64,000 nt of DNA. Source: Lama guanicoe. Its lineage: Eukaryota. Shown here one piece after another: positions 1 to 11,230 of this stretch (the first letter of the stretch is position 1; each line of letters opens with the position of its first letter). Made by a program: the position numbers and the translations under genes. The notes below the pieces were generated by a model. That model did no database searches, was not told where the DNA came from, and was given only the letters and a program-made list of their open reading frames with translations. The stretch spans positions 22,413-86,412 of the forward strand of contig MU053404.1 in the NCBI GenBank assembly GCA_013239625.1. Reading direction: 5' to 3'.

Positions 1-24
1 TGTAGCATCCTGCTGCTTTTCTAT

Positions 25-919
25 TTAGAATAGCCCTTTCAATATTTCTTTTAGCGTGGGTTTAGTGTTGCTAAACTCCTGCACCTTTGCTTTTTTTGTC
101 TGTGAAACTCTTTATTTCTCCTTCTATCCTAAAGGATAGCCTTGCTGGATAAAGTATCGTAGGCTGCATCTTTTTTTCATTCAGGGCTTTGAATATATCT
201 TGCCACCCCCTTCTGGCCTGTAGTGTTTGTATAGAGAAATCAGCTGAGAGCCTTATGGGGGTTCCCTTGTAATTTACTCTTTGCTTTTCTCTTGCTGCCT
301 TTAGAATCATTTCTTTATCCTTGACTCTGGCCATCTTGATTCTGATATGTCTTGGTGTGGGTCTATTTGGATTCTTCCTGTTTGGGACCCTCTGAGCTTC
401 CTGTATTTGGATATCTGATTCCTTCTTTAAGTTTGGGAAGTTTTCAGTCATGCCTTCTTCAAAAACCTTTTCAGTCCCCTTTGATCTTTCTTCCCCTTCT
501 AGGACCCCTATTATGCAAAGATTGGCACGCTTTATATTACCCCATAGGTCCCTTATGCTATTTTCATTTGTTTTTATTTGTTTATCTTGTAGCTCTTCTG
601 ATTGGGTGCTTTCTATTGTCCTGTCTTCTAGGTCACTAATTCGTTCCTCTGCATTATCTAGTCGGCTTTGCACAGCTTTTAGATTGTTCATCTCAGTCAA
701 TGAGTTTATCCATTCTACTTGACTCTTCTTTATAGCTTCAGTTTCATTTTTGACATATTTTATCTCTCTAAGCACTATCTCTTTTAATTCCTTCAGCACT
801 TTGATCACTCCTTTTTTGAAATCTTGATCTAGTAGGCTATAGATGCCTATTTCATTGATTGTTCTTTCAGGGGATTTCTCTTGTTCTTTTAATTGAGAAT
901 GGTTTCTCTGCTTCTTCAT
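25..919 (-). pseudogene. L1 ORF1p (RNA-binding/chaperone protein), frameshifted near the C-terminus
   Basis: Coiled-coil N-half followed by the motifs IKRANLCIIGV, ENFPNL, EAQRVP, TPRHI, PIRLSADFS, ARRGW and LYPARLSF. A frameshift at the A-run near 80-97 separates the tail VQEFSNTKPTLKEILKGLF*, whose stop is at 25-27. Confidence 0.9.
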
Positions 920-1312
920 CTTGCTCCTACCTCTCTGGCACTGTGATTTATGGAGTATCAGTTATCTATTGTGGTCCTTAAGGAGTTTATCTATCTAATG
1001 CCTATGTAGGAATAAGACTTAGGAAAAAAGAAGAAAAAAAGAGAGAGGGAGAAAATTTTTAAAAGAAGGGAGAAAAAAGGTTTGAAAACAGTGTATAATG
1101 AATAATAGAAGAGCACATTGAAGCAGAATAGCAATCGAGTTGAGACGTCCTTTTAAAACCTTTTAAAAAAGGGGAAAAGATGAAAAGATGTGTTTGAAAC
1201 CTGTGTATAATCAGTAAGAGGACATCAAAACCCAACAGAAAGAAAAATGAATTAAGAAGTAAAGATTAAGAGGGTAACAGAAAATAAAACAGATAAAAAC
1301 AGATTTAGAAAA

Positions 1313-1658
1313 AGGTGGGGGGGGTGTCGATGTTCTCCTGGAGACTGTGTGCTTTTAATGTGAAGTCTTTCTGTCTTCACCCTGTTTTGGAAGCTCAGCT
1401 TGCCGTTACCAGAGGCCCTCTGTTAGCGCCCTCGTGTGTGCTGCTCCCAGTGCCTGTTGGCAAGCAGGTCGCGCCCCTCCCAGCAAGGTGGGGGGGGTGT
1501 CGATGTTCTCCTGGAGACTGTGTGCTTTTAATGTGAAGTCTTTCTGTCTTCACCCTGTTTTGGAAGCTCAGCTTGCCGTTACCAGAGGCCCTCTGTTAGC
1601 GCCCTCGTGTGTGCTGCTCCCAGTGCCTGTTGGCAAGCAGGTCGCGCCCCTCCCAGCA
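1313..1658. repeat. Perfect 173-bp tandem duplication inside the L1 5'UTR
   Basis: 1313-1485 and 1486-1658 read identically (aggtggggggggtgtcgatg...cccctcccagca). Confidence 0.95.
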
Positions 1659-2687
1659 CGGGGACTGGCTGGGTAGGAGGGCGGGCCGCGCCCCCTGCCA
1701 GCAGCGCGGTCGGGGCTGCGTTCCTGCCCGCGAGGCGGGGGGCCGCCCGCCCTCTCCGGCGCCCGGGGCTCCGCTGGCCTGTGCGGCTGCGCGCTCCGCC
1801 CCGGGTCGGCGCTCCGCAGGCGGGCTCGGGGAGCACCGAGGGACAGCCTTGTCCCTGCTCCGGGCCAGAACCCAGCTCCTTGTTTGTGTTGGGGGAGCAA
1901 GTTCTCTGAGGGACCGGGCCGGAAGGATCCGATGTGCCTCGGGCTGTAGGCAAGTCTCCGTCTGACCTTTGCGGCTGCTGAGCCCTTCGGTGCGGATGCA
2001 GGTTGCGCCCCCGCCCCCGCCTGGATGCCAAGCTTCGGAGGGTATGGCGGCTGTGCCTGAGCCCCGCCTCTCTTCCCCTGAAAACTTTCTGCGGGTTTTC
2101 AGAGATGGGGGTGTGCACCCTTCCCCCCAGGGCCCATCAGCCGTGCTGTTTTATGGAGGGCCCGGGTTGCTCTGCCCTGTGCACCCACAGGCACGGCGCG
2201 CAGCCCCCTGCAGTCCCCCGGGGCTGCCTCAGTGCCCCCCTCCCCGTCCCCAACCCCGCTTGGGCAGCCTGGCCCTGCCCCCAGCTGCTGGCCCGCATCT
2301 CATGCTGGGTGTCAGAGGGACCCTCTGTGCCCGTTTAACTTAGTTCTGTCGGTCAAGGGCTTCTCTGTACAGATAGAAGCCTTGGAGGCTCCCCCTCTGT
2401 CCCGCTGGCCTCTCAGTTGGAGAGGGAGACCCAGCGAGTGAGCGCCAGTCCTTTGCCGCTCTCTCCCCACGGGACCCGTCCAGCTCTGCTTTGCCTTTTC
2501 TTCTTTCTTTTTTCCTTTTCTCCTACCAGATTTTTGGCATCTCTATCTTTGGAAGGGGGCGATGTTCTGTCGGAGTTCTGCAGGTGCTCTGGTTGGCTGA
2601 GTGGGTCTGTGGATGTGAGTCCTGGTGTATTTGTGGGAGAGAGTGAGCTACAAGCGTCCTTCTACTCCACCATCTTCTCTCTTCCTC
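1659..2687 (-). promoter_or_regulatory. L1 internal promoter / CpG-rich 5'UTR with a YY1-like site (2667-2676)
   Basis: Very high GC with many intact CpGs. ccaccatctt reads AAGATGGTGG on the minus strand, a variant of the L1 YY1 site AAGATGGCG. Confidence 0.75.
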
Positions 2688-2699
2688 AGATGTGAACCC

Positions 2700-3500
2700 T
2701 CTACATGAATTTTTGAAAGTTAAGCTAACTTTGTGTTTTTGAGATATATCTTACTGAGTCATTTTATGCATCACTGAGTTCAATTTGTTAATATCTTACA
2801 ATTTTTTTCTGCTACATTATTGAGAGAGGCCTATAATTTTCTTTTCTTAAGCTACCCTTCTGTGGTTTTGTCTAGAGGGTTAGAATTGCTCAGTTGAGTT
2901 ATTTGGATACTATTCCTCATTTTGAGGGGCTAGCTTTTTTGAAAGATCTTATCTAAGATTGGAATGTTTTTTTCCTAGAATACTTTGCAGAACTCATCTC
3001 TAAAATTTCTAGGTCTGTGTGTATGTGTGCTCATAGTTTTTGTTGCTGTTGGCTTGCTAGCTTGTTTGTTTTGGAAGGAAGATTTCTAACTACTTGCTAA
3101 CATTCCTTAATAGCTGTAATACTATTGAGGTTTTCGATTTCTCCTTGAGCTAGATTTAGTTCTAGTAAATCTGGGACTTTTTTACATTTCATCAAATTTA
3201 TTGTCATTTAGATTTACAATATTCTCTTATTTATCAATATCCTCAGCAGCTGTCAGTATGATTCCTTTCATTGCTAACATCATTTATTCACACCTTTGTC
3301 CTTTTATTCTTGATCAGTCTTGCCAAAAGTTTCTCAGTTTTATTGGTCTTCTCAAGAAACCAATTTTTGACTTTATTGATCCTGTCAACTGTCTTGTTTT
3401 CCCCAATATATTATCTTATACTTTAATATTCACTCTTTCATCACCCCCCCAGTCTTTTATTGATTTTTCTCTTCCCCTTTTTCTAACTGTTCAATTGGCT
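2700..3500 (-). mobile_element. Old degraded L1 (L1M-type) ORF2-region fragment
   Basis: T-rich antisense L1 phrases such as 'cttgatcagtcttgccaaaagtttctcagttttattggtcttctcaagaaaccaatttttgactttattgat'. Confidence 0.65.
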
Positions 3501-3852
3501 GCTTACCCCTCAAACTGTGTCCTTTACTGTGAACGGAAGAGAGAAATGGGGTGATAACTGTAATGGGAAATGGACTTCATACAGGGGATTTTTAAGATGG
3601 GGAAACTAACAGCTTGCCAGAGTCCTAATGAGAAAGGCCTGGCAGAAAAATAAAAATGAGTAACACACAAGGGAAACTGCTAGGATGGGATTTGGGGTGG
3701 GTAAGAGATTACTGGGACCTGTTATACAAACTTAGGGTTGGCCGTTACTAGGAATATGGATAGTTCATCTGTAGTAACAGGAGAAAACAGAATACATGGA
3801 CACAGATGCTGGCAGATGGATAGATGAGCTGGTAGGAGTCATTGGAAGTTCT

Positions 3853-4086
3853 CTTTTTAAAAAAAATGGATATAATTGACATAAAACATTATATTACTTT
3901 CAATAGTACAACACGATTCAATAGTTGTATATATTGCAAAATGATCGCCACCGGAAGTCTAGTTAACATCTATCACTACACAAAGTTACAGTTCTTTCCT
4001 TTAGGATGACAGCTTTTAAGATCTACTCTCTTCACAACTTTCAAATATACAATGCAGTATAATTAACTGTTGTCACACGCTGTACA
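3853..4086 (-). mobile_element. Truncated L1 3' end (L1MA9/10-like) with an 8-bp target-site duplication (TSD)
   Basis: Typical L1MA 3'UTR antisense text. gaagttct is repeated at 3845-3852 and 4087-4094. Confidence 0.7.
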
Positions 4087-6247
4087 GAAGTTCTGCTTCA
4101 GTTTCCTCAGGGAAGGCAGAATCAAGGTCTACCACTGAGAATGAAGAGAGCAGAAGAGGGATTCTTTGAACTGACAGAAGAAGAACCAAATAGTGTCCAG
4201 GAGACAGGAGAGTGACTGAAACAGGAACAGGTGGTAAAATTGCCAGACAACCCCGAGGGGTTCTTGAGATTAATGATCATAAATATGAAGTGTGATGAGT
4301 CATCGGTTTTGATTTTTTAACTGTCCACATTCAGCTGTAGGTGGAGGGTAAGGGGGATATGGATTAAACCATAGTCTGGTTTTGTTAATGAAATGAAAGA
4401 AGGATCAGGGAGCTAATGGTGCATTAAAGAAGTGATTATAATGCTTGAATATACTGAAATTGAATCTTGGAAAGGAGAGAAATAAGGGGGACCCCAAAAT
4501 GACTGTTGGGTCAATAGACTGTAGGTCTCAGTAAGGCCAGACTGTAAGTTCCAGTAACACATTGTATCAGCTGGGAAGATGGGAGGGAGCAGCCATAGGG
4601 AAAGATGCCTGGAATGGGTATCACCTAGTGGATTCAGCTGTTGGTAAGGGTAACATCTAGTTTCGGTTGTGCGACTGAGTGACTGAGGTTGGGTAACAAG
4701 AAAAGACCTCTGGATGTGAAGAAGCCAAAAAGCTGAGAAGACAGACTCTGGGGAAGATTTGTTTTAATTACCAGAAGGGACGATCATAATATCAGGAATA
4801 ATGACTGTGATCTAGAAGCTAAACTCTTTGAGGAATGGGCGGGGGAGGTGATTCTAGGATCGGCAGATCACTGCCACAAAGGGAAGTAGTAGTTGGCAGA
4901 AATCGATGAAGAGTTTCAGAACTGGTTTTTATGAAGGAGCAAGGGGAATGTCCTTGAAGTGATATTGAGGACCAAGGAAACATAACATGCTTCTGGGCTC
5001 AGTACCACAAGGGCTGAGGGAGAAAGAAAGTATCGAGCAGCGCTGAGGTTTTCAGGTGAAGCGGCGTGCTTTCTGGAGTTGAATTTCATTCAGAGCAACT
5101 AAGCACTGGTCTCTCAGCCTCTAACTCTTCTGACTTTGGTTTCCTCATCTCCTGAGAGTGTCCATTTTACCTCCATGTGCATCTTTATATGCCCTAGTCA
5201 GAGTGTTTCTGCCAACCTGGACCAGGTAACCTGTAACTGGGCATCCGCAGATCACAGAAGAGGAGGATTGAATGCAAAGGTCAGTAGCCTGGGCCCCTAA
5301 GTGGGTGCGGCTGGGCCAGCACTCCAGGAACCTAGGTACCATGTGGAAGCCCCCACCCATCTGCAAGGATACGACAGAAAAGGGTATTGTAGGTTCACCG
5401 CTCTGTTTCCACCAGGCCCATATGCTTAAAAGGATTAGTAAAAGCGGGACAGATAACCAAATATACTAAGACCAAGGGCCAGTTGGGAGGAAGACCCAAA
5501 GGATTAAGACCATGGACAAAGCAGTGTAGCAAAAGATAAATCTTAAAATGTAGAGACCAAAGGACCAACTTGAGGATTACTATTGTCACCTCAATATGAG
5601 AAGCCTACCCTGGTCTGGGGTTGGGGCTGTGGGATGACAAAGGAAGGACAGATACAGAGAGTCTGAATCCTTAAAACGTCAGACACATTCGGTTTATCTG
5701 TGTCCCACAGCTTTCCACAAATATCGGAGGCAGCCTAAGTAAGGTTAATGTAATACAGTTAAGAAGGTAGAAACAGACACATATGATCCATTAAAAACCA
5801 CCTATTGCCACCAACCTCTCAACAACCCAGCTGGTCACTATCTCACCAAGCGGGAGGTGGAGCTTTAGCTCAGAACTTGCCTTCTTGGATGGATCATGAA
5901 AGGTAATGTGGGAAATCACAGACTCTCAGAATTTTTGCATTGGTCACTTAGAAACTTTTCTGGAGAAACTTTGTGAGATAAAGATTGAAAGATCTTGAAG
6001 ACTGAGTTTCAGAAGAGACGGAGCGACTGAGGGAGATTAAAAGATTGAGATTAGGCTAGAGAGAAGAAACATTGTTTTAAATTAGTGTAACATTGGGACA
6101 TGTATGTGAAGACAGTAAGCAGACAATTGGAAAAGGGGTCTTTGAGATCCACATTAAACTACGAAGACTGAATGTGAGTCAAGGACTCAGTCTAGTCTTC
6201 CAGTCATTCCACCCTAATCTGCCAGGACAGGCTGGTATAAACATTCT

Positions 6248-6575
6248 TCTTTTTTCTGTTGTTTGTTTGTTTTTGTTTTTTTTAATTTAGTTTTCATTTT
6301 TAAATTATTTTTTAAAATTTTTTTATTGATTTATAATTATTTTACAATGTTGTGTCAAATTCCAGTGCAGAGCACAGTTTTTCAGTTATACATGAGCATA
6401 TATATATATTCATTGTCACATGTTTTTCTCTGTGAGCTTCCATAAGATCTTGTATATATTTCCCTGTGCTGTACCGTATAATCTTGTTTATCTATTCTAC
6501 AATTCAAAACACAAATAGCCTCATAGACACAGAATACAAACTTGTGGTTGCCAAGGGGGCGGAGGGTGGGAAGGG
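6248..6575 (-). mobile_element. Short young L1 3' fragment with a 5' inversion (twin priming)
   Basis: Poly-T plus antisense L1 3' end to ~6504, then sense-orientation 3'UTR sequence (cacagaatacaaacttgtggttgccaagggg). Flanked by ataaacattct at 6237-6247 and 6576-6586. Confidence 0.75.
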
Positions 6576-6586
6576 ATAAACATTCT

Positions 6587-6596
6587 ACTATTATTA

Positions 6597-6641
<45 letters not shown>

Positions 6642-6766
6642 TAAATTTTTGGCCTTAAGCGGGAGGTAATTAGGTTTATTTGTTTTAGAGGCGGTAATGG
6701 GGATTGAACCCAGGACCTTGTGCATGCTAAGCATGCGTTCTGCCACGTGAACTATACCCTCCCCCC
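6587..6766 (-). mobile_element. tRNA-derived SINE (camelid vic-1-like) with an (AAT)n tail
   Basis: Minus strand reads GGGGGGAGGGTATAGTTCACGTGGCAGAACGCATGCTTAGCATGCACAAGGTCCTGGGTTCAATCCCC, with A- and B-box-like motifs. (TTA)n microsatellite at ~6589-6641. Confidence 0.85.
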
Positions 6767-7799
6767 AGTATAACCATTCTTCTCTTACTGGGATAATCTG
6801 CCCAGGCATCACTGAACGTGAGGGACTTACTGCTGTCTCTAACTCTTTTAACGGTAATTCCCATTTGGACTACACACCCCTAATTTTCCCATCGATCGTC
6901 TCTCTCCCCTCCTTTTACAGCAGGCCCAAAACACCTTCAGGCACCTCGGTCACATGTCTTTGATCTGACTTTGATCAGCTCTTACCTCTTACTCCATCTG
7001 TGGGGCTGCACTGTTGCACAAGTCCAGAGTGGGTGCTCACACTGGCTTCTGTGAATGGTTTCCACTGCAGTTGTGTGACATGGCTGGTGGCCATCTGTAA
7101 ACAGTAAGAGAACGGGTCAAGAGTTCTAGTGCCAAGTCTTCTCTTGAAGCTAGAAGCTCTGGTCTAGAGGTCACCCAAATGGTGACAGAAGTCTCTCCCT
7201 CTTCTCTCTCAATAGCCCAAGAGCAGCTCCTGTTATTCCATCACGGCCCGCTAGAGGGCTCTCTATTTAAACCGTCAGCAATAAACGGAGGAATTAAAAC
7301 TTGTGATCCTAGAATGTCTCATCTCTAGACCAGTTGGGTTACATTTTCCACTTTGTGTTCTGGCTGAAATAAAAGCAATAATTCCAATTACTTCACAAAG
7401 AGGGCTTGTGACACTTTTACCTGGATACGATGCTACAGCATGGACACTAGACCTGTGAGGTACGCGTGAGGTTCAGACAGCAGGCTCTGTAACTTACCTG
7501 GATTCCGAGAGCGCTCTGTCCTTTCAGTCCTTGCTGCAGAGTTACGACGTTGTTTTGTTTTTTAAAAACTTTTGCTGTATGAGGAATGTTTCTTTTATTT
7601 CTTCTAAAGATGCTTTAGTTTTACTCTCTCACTTGATAAAAACAATAAAGCTTGTCTGAGATTTGCTTTATTCTGTTGGTTTTCTTTTTAAATGTTATGT
7701 GTATTCTTGTTTCCCCATGTCCTACCTTACCCATTTGTATGACTAGCTTCCTCCTACTCTCTTTATGTTTAAATTGTGCTGCTTTTTCCAATTCTTAAA

Positions 7800-8500
7800 A
7801 ATTAAATACTTAAATAGCTGAGAAGATACAATATAGAAATAACTGGTGCTTTGGAAGGAAAGTATGGTGATTACAGACAAAAGGTAATATTTAAACCAAT
7901 ACTGGTTAACAGTATTCTAGAATAAACGAAGCATCAAAACCCACAGGTCAGTGACTCCCAAGCAGAAAGAATGAACATGAATACATAACCAGAAACATCA
8001 GGCTAAATTTCAGAATATCACAGATGAAAAGGTCTTGAAAGCAGCCAGAAAGAAATGAAAGGTCACGAACAAGGCAACAGTTAACATGACAACAAGTCTC
8101 AGTGGCAACAACTGAGGCCAGAAAACAATGGAATCAGGCATTTGTCATATTGAAAGAAAGCACTGCTGTACACCAGAAAGTGACACAATATGTAAACTGG
8201 CTATACTTCCATAAATATATATTATAAAAAATGAAAGCAAGCAAGCATTGGTGAACCAAGAAATGTCAACTCAGCAAAACTCAAAAGTGTTTTCAAATTT
8301 AAAAAATAATAATAATGAGGAAATTTATTTCTAAACTTATGCTTTAAAATAAAGTCTGAGAATGTGCTCCAAACAACAAGGAAAACAACCCCATAAGACT
8401 TATCTGAGATGCAAGAATATAGTATCATGTCAGGAAATCAAAACAAACACTGCCAGATTACAATGATCATACCTTATAATTTGTAGAGTTATTACTTTTT
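7800..8500 (+). mobile_element. Old L1 ORF1-region remnant
   Basis: Degenerate ORF1 C-terminal text 'aaatttcagaatatcacagatgaaaaggtcttgaaagcagccagaaagaaa'. Confidence 0.55.
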
Positions 8501-8539
8501 TAACGGCGTTCGGGTTCCTCTCTCTCTCCCTGAAGACAA

Positions 8540-9260
8540 CTATAAAGCTCTGGATTAAACGTACGGAGCAGCCCTTTAAGGGGTCTGAAAAGTAGTACAA
8601 ACATGTGGGTTAGGGGGAAACACCAGAGTGCAAACTGGCAGGAAGTTTACCATTTTTATTCACTCCAGTAGCCCCTAGGCTGACTACAAGGCAGCCCAAG
8701 ACCTGGACGTGGAGATCAGCGTGGACAGAGGGAGCTTGAGGGGAAGCTCCCAGGTCTGGCCTAGAGAGTGGGGAAGGGTTCCCATGGAAATGACAACAGT
8801 GGTAGCAGGGACCTGTAGGTACTTACAACTCTGAAGAAGGAGAACTTTCCTCTCCAATCAGAAGAGGTGTGGCCCCAAGAGGATGGGAGGGAAAAAAACC
8901 CCACGGATTATTTTCCTCTCTCGTCTCTTGCTGCTTGAACCCAGTTGAGGGCACAATTGCAATATGTGTACAGCAGAGCAGGGTGAATGAAGCCCCAGCT
9001 TTCTAGCTGGCAGACCACAAAGGGAAAATCAAGGGAACCAGGAAGCACTGGAGATGTCGCAGACAGGGAAGAACTTAGGAAAGGAACCCCAAAATGTTGT
9101 TTATGGACTCCTGGGATCACTCCTGAACTGCACAAGCAATGATCAGTTGACAAACAGATTCAGAGAACTGAACAAGTCAACAGACAGAGAAGTGAATTAA
9201 GAGACAGGCTACCACCCGAGTTCCAGACTGGCGGGGCACGTCCCAGGGGCTCAACCAAAT
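8540..9260 (+). mobile_element. Old L1 5'-region fragment (L1MC/MD-like)
   Basis: Resembles ancient L1M 5' consensus segments ('aaaggaaccccaaaatgttgtttatggactcctgggatcactcctgaactgcac'); recognised from memory only. Confidence 0.4.
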
Positions 9261-9389
9261 CCTGGGACACGGCCCTTCTCACACCCCACATCCGTTTTTC
9301 CTGCATCAGAACTTTGGTTGTTAAAGAGACCTGGAAGGTTCTCAAGGCAGGGAAATGCCAAGTTACAGAAGAAAGGGAAAATGCTTAGC

Positions 9390-9560
9390 TGCACTACCCA
9401 AAATGTGGTCCACAGACCAGCAGTGTTGGCATCACTTGGAGCTTTTTAGAAATGCAGAATCTCAGGCCCCACCCCAGACCTGCCAACTCAGAATCTGCTC
9501 TAAGATTTAAATAAGAATCCCAAACTCTTTATGCACACTGTATGCACAAGTAACACTGGT
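9390..9560. mobile_element. MER5A-like hAT-Charlie DNA transposon fossil
   Basis: 'aaatgtggtccacagaccagcagtgttggcatcacttgggagctttttagaaatgcagaatctcaggccccaccccagacct' is characteristic of MER5A. Confidence 0.8.
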
Positions 9561-9959
9561 TTAGTCTAGGGCACCTCTCATTTTAGGGGAGGCAGGTTTA
9601 ACCAACAGATGACAGGACTGTATGTCTACGTTCTAACAGTAAAGGGTGAACTAACAGTACAGAGGTCCTTGCAGGGACTGTCAAGCACAGCTCCAAATTA
9701 TCTCAGTCCCTGCAGTTGAATTGGAGAGATCATGGATTTGCAGCCTTCCAATCTGTCTGCTGCCAAAGGGCTCCAGGGAAAAAGCGCCGGTGGGCTCATC
9801 CCTGTGTGCCTTCATCTTCCTCTGGGTCCTGTCTTGTCAGTCCTTCCCCCCCCCTTTTTTTTCAATAGCTCTGTAATATGTTTAAGAATATATTTTGAAT
9901 ATTTTGCCCAGCTTTTATAATTGTCCCCAGAGGAAGGCTAGCTTGGCGCTGTGAGAAGT

Positions 9960-10600
9960 GGAAGTTGGTTTGACTCCTTATGTTTTTCATGAGAACTGAC
10001 AGGTCCCTTCCCCCATCCCCAGGGACTTGAAATTTCACAATGATTGCCTTGGGGTGGACCTATTTTAATCCATTGTGCTTTGAATCTGCTATTTCACTCA
10101 GTTATGGAAAAATTTTAAAACTGTTACCATGATAATTTTTCTGCTCCCCACTCTCTAGGAAATTTTTATTAGTCACATGTTGAAACTTCTGGTCCTCCTT
10201 CAAAGTATCTTTCTCTTCTCCTTTCCATCATTTTTCCCCTTTTCTTCCTATTCTCTGGGAAATTTCCTCAACTTTATTTTCCAGTCCTTCTTTTGATTAA
10301 ATGAATTCCTGTGATCCTATTTTTCATTTTCAGGAGCTCTTTTCTGGAATCTGACTGTTCCTTTTTATGGTCTCATTTTATTTCATGAGTTCAAAATCTT
10401 CATTTTCAAAGGATGTTTATTATAATTTTCTTTTTCTTCTGCTCCCTATGTTACTTCTTTTTGTTTATTCTGCATGCTGCGCCCCCTTTTTGCTCTGACT
10501 TTTGCTCTTGTGATTGCTCTTTCTCACATGATTTTGGCTGTCCTCATTATTAAGGAAGAGGCTCTAAAAAAGATAATTGAAAGTTCTGTGACAGGGTGAT
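9960..10600 (-). mobile_element. Old L1 fragment
   Basis: T-rich antisense L1 ORF1-region text (ttcagttatggaaaaatttt...). Confidence 0.5.
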
Positions 10601-10879
10601 GCTTGTGGGCCAATAGATGTGAATAAGCTACTTAATTGGTTGATCTCTAGCTATTGGTGAATGATTTTTTTTATAAAATCTTACACTGGCTCTTATTAAT
10701 TACCTTCCTGAGAAGAATCCTCTAATGACTTGCCTTTTCATTCCACTGAATTTATCATCCTATCCACATCAGCACCGTGGCTTCCTTCCTTCTTTCCTTC
10801 TTTCCATCCTTCCAATATCTCCCTTCTACCTGTCTCCTCAATTCCATCCTCCCTTGCCTGACTTTTATGGACTTTTCAC

Positions 10880-11230
10880 TCTTCTTGTGAAGAATGAGTA
10901 GACCATTTTTCTTCAGCATATTTGAGGATGAGGCCAAAAAAGAGAAAGGCAGTTCTAAGAGACAAAGAGAAATTGAGTCATGGAGACTTTAGTCCCCTGG
11001 ACCACTGACAAGCTTTCTCCTCATGGTGGCAAGATGGATGCTGGAGCAGCTCATCCCATACAGTCTCTTGGGAGACAAGGAATTTTTTCACTCTTTGTGG
11101 CTCAGCATGAGGTCTGGGATTCACCCTGATTGGACCAACCTGGGTTACATGAACTTCCCTAAAACTATAACCTTGGATGAAAAAGACACTGGTTGGCCTG
11201 GGGTGCAGCCTCATCCAAGACCCATGAACT
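10880..11230. mobile_element. MLT1-type (ERVL-MaLR) LTR fragments
   Basis: 'gaggatgaggccaaaaaagagaaaggcag...' and 'ttggaccaacctgggttacatgaac...' resemble MLT1J/K. Confidence 0.45.

Larger units (their letters stand above)
1..2687 (-). mobile_element. Young LINE-1, 5' portion (5'UTR + ORF1); continues off the left edge of the window
   Basis: ORF1p-like translation at 25-919. The GC/CpG-rich 5'UTR spans ~1660-2687. The minus strand begins GAGGAAGAGAGAAGATGGTGGAGTAG, a typical L1 5' terminus with a YY1-like motif. Confidence 0.93.

Noticed and set aside
352..722. Plus-strand ORFs of 90-95 aa
   Set aside because: Antisense shadows of L1 ORF1.
1315..2695. Many overlapping 70-180 aa ORFs on both strands (possible ORF0-like antisense protein)
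   Set aside because: Expected in very GC-rich, stop-poor L1 5'UTR sequence. Low-complexity Pro/Arg/Gly/Ala content, many non-ATG starts and no recognisable domain.
6690..6766. tRNA-like sequence with A and B boxes
   Set aside because: It is followed by a SINE body and an (AAT)n tail and flanked by TSDs, so it is a SINE head, not a tRNA gene.
6594..6812. ORF ending in poly-Asn
   Set aside because: Translation of the SINE and its (AAT)n tail.
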